DNA from: Raja brachyura
Taxonomy: Eukaryota
Length of the DNA stretch: 64,000 nucleotides
Direction of reading: 5' to 3'
Assembly (NCBI GenBank): GCA_963514005.1
Contig: OY740817.1
Location: 10,912,001 to 10,976,000, forward strand
The position numbers and the translations under genes are program-made. Within the stretch, counting starts at the first letter, position 1. Each line of letters opens with the position of its first letter. Under the pieces are notes generated by a model that had not been told where the DNA came from, did not search any database, and worked only from the letters and a program-made list of their open reading frames with translations. Shown here in pieces: positions 1-10,212 of the stretch.

Positions 1-672
1 GTGCAAGGAAATCAGTCGTAGATTTTCTGTAAGCGAGTGCTGTTGATAACACGGCTTACACCTTTAGTCTCTGATGAATCCCATTTTCATCTTTCTGACT
101 GCTAATCCATAAATTGTTTGTGCAGATGGCTCGTGTTAATATTTACTCGGTTGGCAGCTTCTGGAACTGTTTTGCTTGTGACTCTAAACTTGCACAATAT
201 TGTTAGCAGTTCTTATTCCTATTCTAAATGAATTTGATTGGCATTAATACGTACACCCCACAGATTAGATGCATGTGGAATAATTGCCTAAAGTAGTAAA
301 AACAGCAGCACAGTCTTGCAGAGGCTGAACAAAAATGTAGTGTCTTTGGCCTACAGTTGCTTAATATAGTTCAATGAATTTGTCAAAAAAGCCTTGAGCA
401 TCTTGCCTATTTTACAGTTATTACACAAAGTTAGTAGGCATAGCTTGAAAATGTACCATTTTACACTCCTATTTGAGGTGGGTGACTGTTGTACAATCTT
501 AGTTTCCAAGCCCAATGTTCCCAGGTAACTACATTTTAATAAATTATCAATTTAACTGATGTGTTTCACAACTATTGTAGCTGGAAGAAGAATTGCATTC
601 ATATAGTAATTTTTAAATTTTCAGGAAACCCCCAAGACCTTTGCAGCTAATGACTTGATATTTATGTGTAAA

Positions 673-1366
673 CTAGACCAAGTGCAGACCCATTGGGTCC
701 CGTTCTCCCAATGCAATATTACACCAAACTGTGCATGCGCAGCTGATGGTGCTGCACTGGGCAGGCGCAACTGCCGCGTTCACAGTTGTGCCGTTGACGA
801 CAGAAATTAAGTTAATAAAGTGAATGGGAGACCCGTGGAGACATTTGTAAAATAGATTGAAACTTACCCGTGGAGCTGTTGTGTCCCAGTTGTGAGGCCA
901 GGCAAGAAAAAAAAGTGGCGATCTGAAAATCGTCAAAGGCGCCAAATGCACAGGCAAGGATGCCGGGCCCACTACGCACGCGTAGAGCGATTATGTCATT
1001 TTGCATTACTACCACGTCACCGGTGCGATTATGTCATTTTGCATCACTACCACGTCACTGGTGCGATTGTCAATTGCGACGTGGCTGACGGGGCTCTCCC
1101 AACTGTGCAGGCGCGGCCAGCAAGTGGGAGTGCTGTTTTAAGTTAATTTAAGTTTAAAATGTAAATAACCTGAAAAATATAACATCAATCTGAACGAAAC
1201 TTGGCTAATGCACATCACAGGGCAATGATGAGTGAGGTGGGCCTAAAATTGTAGCGCTATCGTGTACCGTCTTGGAGGAGTTTTGGGAACACATATATAT
1301 ATACAAACAAACAAACAAGATGAGAGTTTTAGTAATAAAACAAACAAGATGAAAGTTTTAGTAATT
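673..1366 (-). mobile_element. Non-autonomous Helitron-like element, unit 1
   Basis: Minus-strand 3' end CTAG (673-676) next to hairpin GACCC-ATT-GGGTC (687-699). The other end has (TTTG)n and a duplicated TTACTAAAACTCTCATCTTGTTTG motif. 1140-1290 is homologous to 2268-2400. Confidence 0.7.
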
Positions 1367-1376
1367 TAAAAAAAAA

Positions 1377-2494
1377 CTAAACCATGTGGGACCCGATGGG
1401 TCCCTGTCACATGGGAGGGCTGGTCCCCGAATGCAGTATTCCACTACTCACCCATAGCCCCCAACTGCGCAGGAGTGGCTGACGGGTTCCCGTTGTGACG
1501 CCAGAGATCCCCGTTGTGACGCGAGTTGCGACAACCCTCCTCAACTGCTCCTTGCCATCCTTCTTCCTACCCCAATCCTCCATTTCCCCTATCCGCAGCA
1601 CTTCCTCTCCCTCTTCATCCTCCTTCTTTCCACTCTCCTCTCCCCTACCCTCAGTCACTCCCTCTCTTCCTACATAACCCCTCTCCCTTCCCTACCCCCC
1701 TTGACGTAATTGTGAGGTGGAAGCTGCTGTGTTTTTCAAAACCTTTTTTCTTAATGTAAATGAGATCCCATTGTGATGTCCCCAACTGCACAGGGGTGGC
1801 TCATTTCCCCTCATCCCCAGTACTCCCTCCCCCTTCTCTTTACCTTCCCTCTTCTTTCCCCTCTCCTCCTCCTCTCCCCCACTCCCTCCCTCACATTTCC
1901 CCTGCCCTCAGTCACTCCCTCCCTCCATAACCCATTTCCGCCCCACCTCCTCTCCCTCTATCTCCCTGCTCCCCCACTCCTCACCTCTCCCCTATCCCAC
2001 TCCACCACTAAACATAATGTTTAAATAACATTAAACGACAATCCTCCCCTCCCCCACTTTCTCCCTCTCCTTACAACAATGTAACAAAGCCCTCATTGGG
2101 TGTTCTGTCATTTGGTGACATTGTAACTGGCAGGGCAGGTTTTAAAGTGAGAAGTTTGATTTTTTTTTTAAAGTGAAAAGTTTGATTTTTTTAGTTTAAA
2201 ATTGTGACATCATAGCTGCTAACTGCCAGTGCAGGTTCAAGTGATTTTTCTCAAACTGGGTTTTGTAAAGTTTAAAATGTGAATAATTTGTAAAATATAC
2301 CATCAATCTGAAATAAACCTGATCCACCACACACCAGGATAATGGTGAGTAAGGTGGACCAAAAATTGTTGTGCTATCATGTACCGTTTTGTGTGGTTCC
2401 GGGGCCACAGCTCGGACACACACACACACAGGTATAGAAACAAACAAGATGAGACTTTTTGTAATATAATAATAGATAGATATATAGATATAGA
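1377..2494 (-). mobile_element. Non-autonomous Helitron-like element, unit 2 (tandem with unit 1)
   Basis: Hairpin GGGACCC-GAT-GGGTCCC (1388-1404) beside a degenerate CTAG end. The minus-strand 5' end starts TC(TATA) at 2494 after an A. Pyrimidine-rich internal filler. Confidence 0.7.
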
Positions 2495-2926
2495 TTATTG
2501 TTGTAATACTGGTTGAGATACTGCCCATGAGGTAAAATTGCATCTAGAATATAGTGCTTGTGGTAGTTCATCATTCCTTCAAAGCTTGGTTGAGATGTTA
2601 GCCTATGTTGTGTGCTAAAGTTCTGGAGCAGGCTGTGAGCCCACATTTCTTTGAGACAAAATTACACTTAAGCTGCTTTTCTTCATGGCCAGTGCACTCA
2701 GCAGAGTTGGATCTTGTTTGTACTTGTTTTGGCTGATCTTTGTCAATGTCCTTCATTACTTTGAAAACATTTAGTTAGACAAGCCTTTCCTCTTTAATTA
2801 AATCTGGTAAAATATTACAGGGTTTTATTTTTCCTTTCTAATCCTGAGGAAATTAAAGGTCCTTTCTATATTTGCATATATATCTGAATTTCCAATGGCT
2901 AATTGTTGTAAACATTTTTTCTCCAG

Positions 2927-3265
2927 TGCCCGAAGCGACGAAGCCAAGCTTAAGCCAGCCTCCAACTGCCACCTCAGTTGGCAGTGTTTCAACACCAGCC
3001 GGCAACGGTGGTAACAATGCCAAAAGGGCGGTGGCCACCAACGGCCAGCCACAGAACGCCGCCCGCTATCTGCCCCGTGAGGTGCCTCCTCGATTTCGCC
3101 AGCAAGAGCACAAAGTGTTACTAAAACGTGGTCAGCCCCCTCCGCCTTCCTGTGGACTTCTTGGAGGTGGGGCGGGGCCTCCTGGGTTGCCGGGATCAAA
3201 CCCCGGCACTGCACAACCATTGACGCAACCCAACGGTCCACTGCAGCACGGCAGTACACCAGTGG
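2927..3265 (+). CDS. TNRC6B: TNRC6B coding exon 1 in window (VPEATKPS...[12 protein letters not shown]...[12 protein letters not shown])
   Basis: Acceptor ttttctccag, donor G|gtaag, phase 1-1. The peptide matches the N-terminal conserved motif of GW182 proteins. Confidence 0.95.
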
Positions 3266-3439
3266 GTAAGAAGGTGGTATTCATTCTCAGCTTCTGATGG
3301 TTTTATTGGAAATGTAAATATCAACGGTGAAACTCAAAAGAATGGTGAACATTAGATCTCTTTTCAAGGTTCTTAAACTGATTTTGCAGTAGCAGTACTG
3401 TAAGACCTTGTTCAATTCCAGTGAACAAGCTCTGCTCAA

Positions 3440-3650
3440 GAATTACAGAGAGTTGTAGATGCAAACCAGCAATCGCACAGACCAGACACTATACCCCTGA
3501 CACCATCTACCCTTCATACTGCCTTTGCTCTCTATTGTACTCCAGTTTCACGATTGTATTTATGTCTAGTATTTTCTGATCTGATTGGATAGCATGCATA
3601 ATAAAGTTTTTCACTGTACCTCGTTACACATGACCATAATAAACCTAAAC
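3440..3650 (+). mobile_element. Rex1/Babar-like LINE 3' tail remnant
   Basis: Tail motif aaagttttcactgtacctcg..acatgac..aataaacctaaac. Related copies occur on the minus strand near 14500, 21250 and 25280. Family name from recall. Confidence 0.45.
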
Positions 3651-4119
3651 TTGGTGATACTTTCTTGAGACAAGGTCATGCATCAAAGGAAATTTAAAAA
3701 GAGTGAAATCCTCGTGTGCACAATACACAGATTCTGTTTCCTCACCCAATGGAATTACTGATTTTTTGGTACTAATTTATAGAAATACTGGATAGAAACT
3801 ATCACCAACAGAGTACAAACCATAAATGTGAGCATATCTTGACACATAATACCTCTAGGAAAAAAAGCATTGAAAAGACAGTTATTGTTGCCAATCTCAT
3901 GACGGTGGTTGCAGCAAGCTGTACTGTCTGTGAATGTTCTCCTTTCCAGGATGGCTCTCTAGGTATTCAATTACACATAGGCAGATAATTATAATTATTT
4001 CCCCCGATGGTGATTCCTTTTTCAAGTAATTATTTATTATGGACAATGGTTGGCCACTTGATTTAGTGCAAAATTAACAAAAGCCACCAAATCAACATTT
4101 GGAGAGGGAAATTAGACTG

Positions 4120-5802
4120 GGTGGCATATTGGCAGTACAGTAGAACTGCTGCCTCACAGCGCCAGAGACTGCTTCAATCCTGAGAAAGAATGCGCTCTGT
4201 GCGGAGTTTGCACTGTGCCCTCCATAATGTTTGGGACAACGACCCATCATTTATTTATTTGCCTCTGTACTCCATAACTTTAGATTTGTAATAGAGAAAA
4301 TCACAAGTGGTTAAAGTGCACATTGTCAGATTTTAATAAAGACCATTTTATACATTTTGGTTTCACCATGTAGAAATTTATACATAGTCACCCATTTCAG
4401 GGCACCATAATGTTTGGGATACAGCAATGTCATGTAAATGATAATAGTTATGTTTAGTATTTTGTTGCATATCCTTTGCATGCAATGACTGCTTGAAGTC
4501 AGCGTTTCAGGGACATCACCAGTTGCTGGCTGTCTTCTCTGATGGTGCTCTGCCAGGCCTGTATTGCAGCCATCTTTAGCTTATGCTTGTTTTGGGGGCT
4601 AGTCCCCATCAGTTTTCCCTTCAGCATATAAAAGACATGCTCAATTGGGTTCAGATCACGTGATTGACTTGGCCATTAAAGAATTGACCATTTTTTAGCT
4701 TTGAAAAACTCCTTTGTTGCTTTAGCAGTATGTTTGGGATCATTGCTGCAGAATGAACCGCTGGCCAATGAGCTTTGACGCATTTGTTTGAACTTGAGCA
4801 GATAGGATGTGTCTATACACTTTAGAATTCATTATGCTACTACCATCAGCAGTTGTATCATCAATGAAGATAAGTGAACCAGCACCTGCAGCAGCCGTAC
4901 ATGCGCAGGCCATTACACCCCCACCACCGTGTTTCATAGATGAGGTGGTATGCTTTGGATCTTGGGCAGTTCCTTCTCTCCTCTCCTTAAACATACTTTG
5001 CTCTTGCCATCACTCTGATATAAGTTATTCTTCGTCTCATCTATCCACTAAACCTTTTTCCAGAACTGTGGTCGCTCATTTAAGTACCTCTTGGCAAACT
5101 GCAACCTGGCCATCCTATTTTGCATCTTGCAGTGTAGCCTCTGTATTTCTGTTCATGAAGTCTTCAGTGGTCATTGACAAATTCACACCTGACTCTTGAA
5201 GAGTGTTTCTGATCTGCCGGACAGGTATTTTGGGATTTTCTTTATTATAGAGAAAATTCCTCTGTTATCAGCTGTGGAGGTCTTCGTTGGCTTGCCAGCC
5301 CCTTTGCGATTAGTAAGCTCACCAGTGCTTTCTCTTTTCTTAACAAATTTCCAAACTGTTGATTTTGGTAAGCCTACGGTTTGGCTGATGCCTCTAACAG
5401 TTTTATTCTTGTTTCTCAGTCTCATAATGGTTTCTTTGACTTTCATTGGCACAACTTTGGTCCTCATGTTGATAAACAGCAATGAAAGTTTCCAAAGGTG
5501 ATGAAAAGGCTGGAGGAAAGACTAGGTGCTGAGAGCTCTCTTATACCTGCATTAAGGAGGCAATTAAACACACCTGAGCAATTACACACACCTGTGAAGC
5601 CATGTGTCCCAAACATTATGAAGGGCACTGTATGTTCTCCCTGTGACCGCGTGGGTTTCCTTCGGGTGCTTTGATATCCTCCCACTTACTAATGACGTGT
5701 AGGTTTGTAGGTTAACTGGTTTCTGTAAACTGTCCCTGGTGTGTAGGACAGCGAGCTGGTATACGGGTGATTGATGGTCGGTGTGGACACAATGGACCAA
5801 AG
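4120..5802 (+). mobile_element. V-domain tRNA SINE (HE1-like) split by a Tc1 insertion
   Basis: SINE head 4120-4212 ends ggagtttgca and resumes tatgttctccctgtgaccgcgtgggtttcc at 5631. Same family as the intact copy at 43398-43690. Confidence 0.75.
4213..5630 (-). mobile_element. Decayed Tc1/mariner transposon
   Basis: TIRs c(t)gtgccctccataatgtttgggac and gtcccaaacattatgaagggcactg followed by TA. Minus-strand ORF remnants: HTH region (MRTKVVPMKVKE...GLPKSTVW) and DDE region (KHGGGGVM...FILQQ). Confidence 0.9.
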
Positions 5803-6309
5803 ATTTTTTTCCCTCATCTATCACCGTTGTTAAATAAGTGGGGGTTGTAGACCTGAATCCACCTTGATAGAAACGTAGAACACATAATTCTACATAGATT
5901 ATTTTCAGTTAATTAACCTAACCAGATCCAGTCTAGGGTTTTTGAGAGCCTAATTGGACAAATTAATTATAACTTGAAGTTCAAATGTTCAAATCCTGGC
6001 CACCGATGAAATGACAGGAATCAATCAAATTTTGCATTGTTGTGGCCACATTTCCTCTTTGTTTAGCACGCCAACAATGATTTGTTCATGGGATTATTAT
6101 TCTGCATGTTAACGGTTGGCTCAAAGTTCAATCAGTCAGCCCCCTGGAGATGCCAGCTGCTGAAATATAATGGGTAACAGTCTCAAGATGGTGGCAATTA
6201 ATTAATGCTGTTTGCTGAGTAACCAAGATTTAGTTAGGATTACAAGCTTTCTTCATTAACGACCCTTGTTTCTTGCATACTTCAAGATGGTTTCAGGTTT
6301 CTTGAATCT

Positions 6310-6597
6310 ATAATCATAGTTACGGACATTCAGCTCGGAAACAGACCTTTCAGCCCAACGTCCATGCCACCAACCGCTGTATCGAAGCTGTCCTATTTCA
6401 TCATGTTTGGCCCATATCCTTCTAAACCTTTCCTATCTCCACACATCTGTCCACACATCTTTTAAATATTGTTATTGTACCTGGCTCAACTGCTTTCTTT
6501 GGCAGCTCTATTCCCCTGCTTATATGTTCCTCTCATGATATATACCTCTATAAGATCATCCCTGAGCCTCCTGTGCCCCAAGAAATAAAGTGCTAGC
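6310..6597 (-). mobile_element. CR1-type LINE 3' end remnant
   Basis: Shares gaaacaggcccttc..cccatatcc..aaacctttcctatc..cctctataagatca with the copies at 37858, 56080 and 60808. Confidence 0.6.
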
Positions 6598-6871
6598 AAT
6601 AGTATTTAACTTGCATGTAAACATTTCTCATGGTTAACAGTGTTCAAGATCGATTTTCCTCTCTCTGATTTTTACTTAAAAAAATTAAATGATTAATTTT
6701 ATCAGGTTGCGTGTTGGTAGATTTTCCTTTTCCTTCTCTTAACGTCATACCCAGGTAGAAGTATATATTATCAAAGTGTCAATTGTGTTGAAAATTGGTT
6801 TTAAATAGCCATTCAAAATAATTGTACATTTTTCTTGGCGATCTTTAAGATGTCTGTTTGTTTTTTTCTAG

Positions 6872-9298
6872 ACACAAACCCTGGGGGTGCTGGTTCAAAT
6901 TATGCAAATTCTGCTTGGGGTTCTGGATCATCCAGCACTGACCTCAACCACGGCTGGGATAAGTTAATCGTAGACGGGTCTGATATGGAGGCTTGGCCTT
7001 GCATCACAGGCAGAGACTCTGAGTCGGCTTCGGAACACGTAGATAACGAAGGTGCCTCAAACCTTGGCTCTGAGAAGAGCCTGCCACCTGGAAGTGGCGC
7101 TGCCAGGAATTGCAAAGCAGCTGCAAACCAGTTCGCTGCTGGGAGCGGAAAGAATGAATGTAAATTGGGGGCCTGGAACATGGGCCTTGTGCCTAAACCC
7201 AGTCACGCATCTTCCATCTCTTCGGAGAGCAAAGACGGACTTAACAATTGGAAAAACTTGAGCAGCCCTGATGGAGCTGGCCTTGGGTTGACCTTGAACC
7301 CAAATATCAACCCATCGGCCTGGCCAGTATTGGGCCAGGAGGGCACTTCTGGAAAAGGTACTTTGGAGACGGACATTTCGAGCTCCAGTGCACAACTTAG
7401 TGCAGTAGGTCAAAGCCCTAGGGATCAGGATGGTACTTCTTCAAGCGCCTGGGCAAAACAGTCTAAAACGGAAAATGCGGGTGTTACATGGAATGCTTCT
7501 GTTGGAGAACAGCCTCAAGCTCTTAACACTGATGGACCAAATAATGGCGACACTAACTCTTTGAATGCAAGCTCACAGAGCACCGGGAACCCTTTGCAAA
7601 ATAAGGGAGTGTCTGAAACAACAGGGAATGGGACCTGGAACATGCCCTTAGGAATGGGTTTGGGAAATCCCTTGGTATTGAATCAATCTGTGAGCACTGA
7701 AGCCTCATCCGAAGGCAGTATTAGAGGAACTATGGAGGGACGGGCAACTGGGGGTTCTTGGAATACAGTTTGGGGATCTTCTGGAACCGATTCCATTTCT
7801 GGACAAAATGGTACAGGAGCTGATGGCAATAATGGACGCAGTGGCGATGATGCAGCAAAAAATGGCTCTGGTATGAAACAGTTACTGGTGAATAGATCAA
7901 GAACTGAATCATGGGACAATAATGGTGGACCCTGGGACTCTGAGACACAAGACCCCAACAAAGCTAAAAATTGGGGTAAAGGGAACAGAACAGCATCTGG
8001 TAGTGCTCAGGGTTTATGGGGTCAACAGCCAGGGACTGATAATCGGTCAGAAGGAGATTGGGTTGGCTCTACTAATGAACAGAATTGTGGCACAGGCGGA
8101 TGGGACAATCACAGGGTAAATCCCCCCCCAGAAAACCAAGGAGAGAATGCCCAAAATTCCAGCTGGGCAAAGGCCTCTAGTTCCACTGGGAGTGACTCTG
8201 GTAGTCGAAACAACAACAAAAAAGGAGGCTCTGACAACCACCCAGGAGGACGGCGCTTAAACAAGGCTGATCATCCTGACCAAGAGGAAGTATTGCAAAC
8301 TGTAATAAACAGGGCTGATCTAGACCCAAGGGTGCTGTCAAACACTGGGTGGGGCCAAACTCAGATAAAGCAGAACACAATTTGGGAAGTCCAGGAGTCA
8401 CCCAGGAATGAGAGGCGCACTGACAAAGGAACAGAAGGGTGGGAGAGCACTGCCACTCAGAGCACTAACTCAGGGGGCTGGGGCGAAGGGCCCAGTCAAA
8501 CCAGTCGCTGCACCTCTGGGTGGGGAGATGCTCCCCAGTCTTCAAACATGGAGTGGAAGGATTCAAAGACTCCAAGTGGATGGGTGGACCCAAAGAGCAG
8601 TCAAGGTTGGGGAGGTGGAACACCAGAAGAGAAAGCACCATCTTGGAATGATGGGCCTAGAACCAAGGAACCAGGTTGGGGTGCAAGGCAGCAACAAACT
8701 CAAGGATGGCCTGCCAATAATGGCTGGGGTGATGGAAGTGGACAGCCAGCTGAGCAACCAAAAGCAGGTGGCTGGGACAGCTCAAACTCGAGATGGGGTG
8801 AAAGTGGCCGTGGTGATGTAGGATCTTGGAGTGGTGGCAGTAGTTCTAATACTAATCAAAGAGGTGGGTGGGAGGACCCCACAAGACACCAGGGATGGGG
8901 TGAGCCATCCAAAGCAACCACTTCTAATTGGAACAAGCCGCAAGAGGTATCTGGTTCCTGGGGCACCGCTTCTGCTAATAGCCGACAGTCTGGGCCAGGT
9001 TGGGGCTCGGCACCTGTGCCACCGATGCCCTCTTCAGCTGCCCCACCTGCAACTATCCAAACTTTGCCAAAGGAGGAAGAACCTACTGGATGGGAAGAGC
9101 CTTCGCCGCAATCTATCTCCCGAAAGATGGAGATTGATGATGGCACCTCAGCCTGGGGTGATCCCACTAGCTACAATTATAAGAATGTGAATCTGTGGGA
9201 CAAAAACTCTCAAAATGATAGCTCTGGAAGTGGGCCGATACAACGGGAGCAGAATGCATCAAGTGCGGTTACAGGCCGAGGATCCACATCAAGTTCTG
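6872..9298 (+). CDS. TNRC6B: TNRC6B large GW-repeat exon (Argonaute-binding domain), 2427 bp
   Basis: Acceptor tttttttctag, donor G|gtaag. Dense GW/WG repeats and conserved motifs WDKLIVDGSDMEAWP, LDPRVLSNTGWGQTQIKQNTIW and GWEEPSPQSISRKMEIDDGTSAWGDP. Confidence 0.97.
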
Positions 9299-9972
9299 GT
9301 AAGCAGTTACTTGCAAATTCTTCCCCTTTCAATTATTATTTGATGATCGTTGTGTTCCATATTGCACTGATGTTGAAATGAAGCTGAGAGTGAAGTGAGA
9401 TTCTCTGTAGATTTTTTTTACATGCCAGCTTTTTTACTACGGTGAAGTATTGTAGGGTCTGTCTTTGTAGATTTTCCCGTGGTAAAATATCTTGTTTTTG
9501 CATGGGATGGAATTAAAGCCTAGCTAACTACAAATGCCCTGACGATATTGGGAATGGTTTATTCTCAATTGTAAAGCCACATTGCATTTCTATCTCATTC
9601 AGTTCTTTATGCATGTACTTTTGCAAAGTACTTTTGGCCATTGTTGAAAGCAATTTTGTTGAGTCATTTGTTTAAAAGGATGACTTTTAAACAATTCCCT
9701 ATGAGAGGCCATGCTGTGTATGCAGTGTGTTACATTTGAATGAAGAAGACCCTTCTTTAAATGTCAAATTTGCTAAAGAGTTTAACTTTTTTTAATCATG
9801 TGATCTGAACCATCCTTTCCTGCAGCATGTTCAGCGGGTGATTTGCCCTAATGTGCGGCTTATATTCAACAGATGGAGGCAAACAATCCTAGATTAAGAC
9901 TGTGTGGCATTTCTCAGCACTCCTGATGCATAATTCTAAAATGTTTTTTCCATCTTTACATCCCCATAAGTT

Positions 9973-10212
9973 CTGAAAAAGGCTTTCGGCCCGAAACGTT
10001 GCCTATCTCCCTCGCTCCATAGATGCTGCTGCACCCACTGAGTTTCTCCAGCATTTTGTGTACCCTTGATTTTCCAGCATCTGCAGTTCCTGTTTTAACC
10101 CATAAGTTCTTCTCTGACCAGACACATTTTCCAAGAAATTATAATGTAACAACAAGGTACTGCAGATGCTGGTTTACCAGATGCCCTGCTGAGTTACTCC
10201 AGCATTTTGTCT
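9973..10212 (+). mobile_element. Penelope-like terminal repeat fragment with a degenerate hammerhead core
   Basis: ctgaaaaaggctttcggcccgaaacgttgcc followed by the family body agatgctgc..ctgagtttctccagcattttgtg. Confidence 0.65.

Noticed and set aside
320-345. GCTGAACAAAAA (AEQK) resembling the upstream TNRC6 TEQK micro-exon
   Set aside because: No acceptor and donor pair in the required phase. The real exon is probably upstream of the window.
1407-2024. Pro/Ser/Leu-rich and Glu/Gly-rich ORFs
   Set aside because: Low-complexity pyrimidine filler inside the Helitron-like element.
6900-9190. Multiple antisense and alternate-frame ORFs
   Set aside because: Shadows of the large TNRC6B exon.
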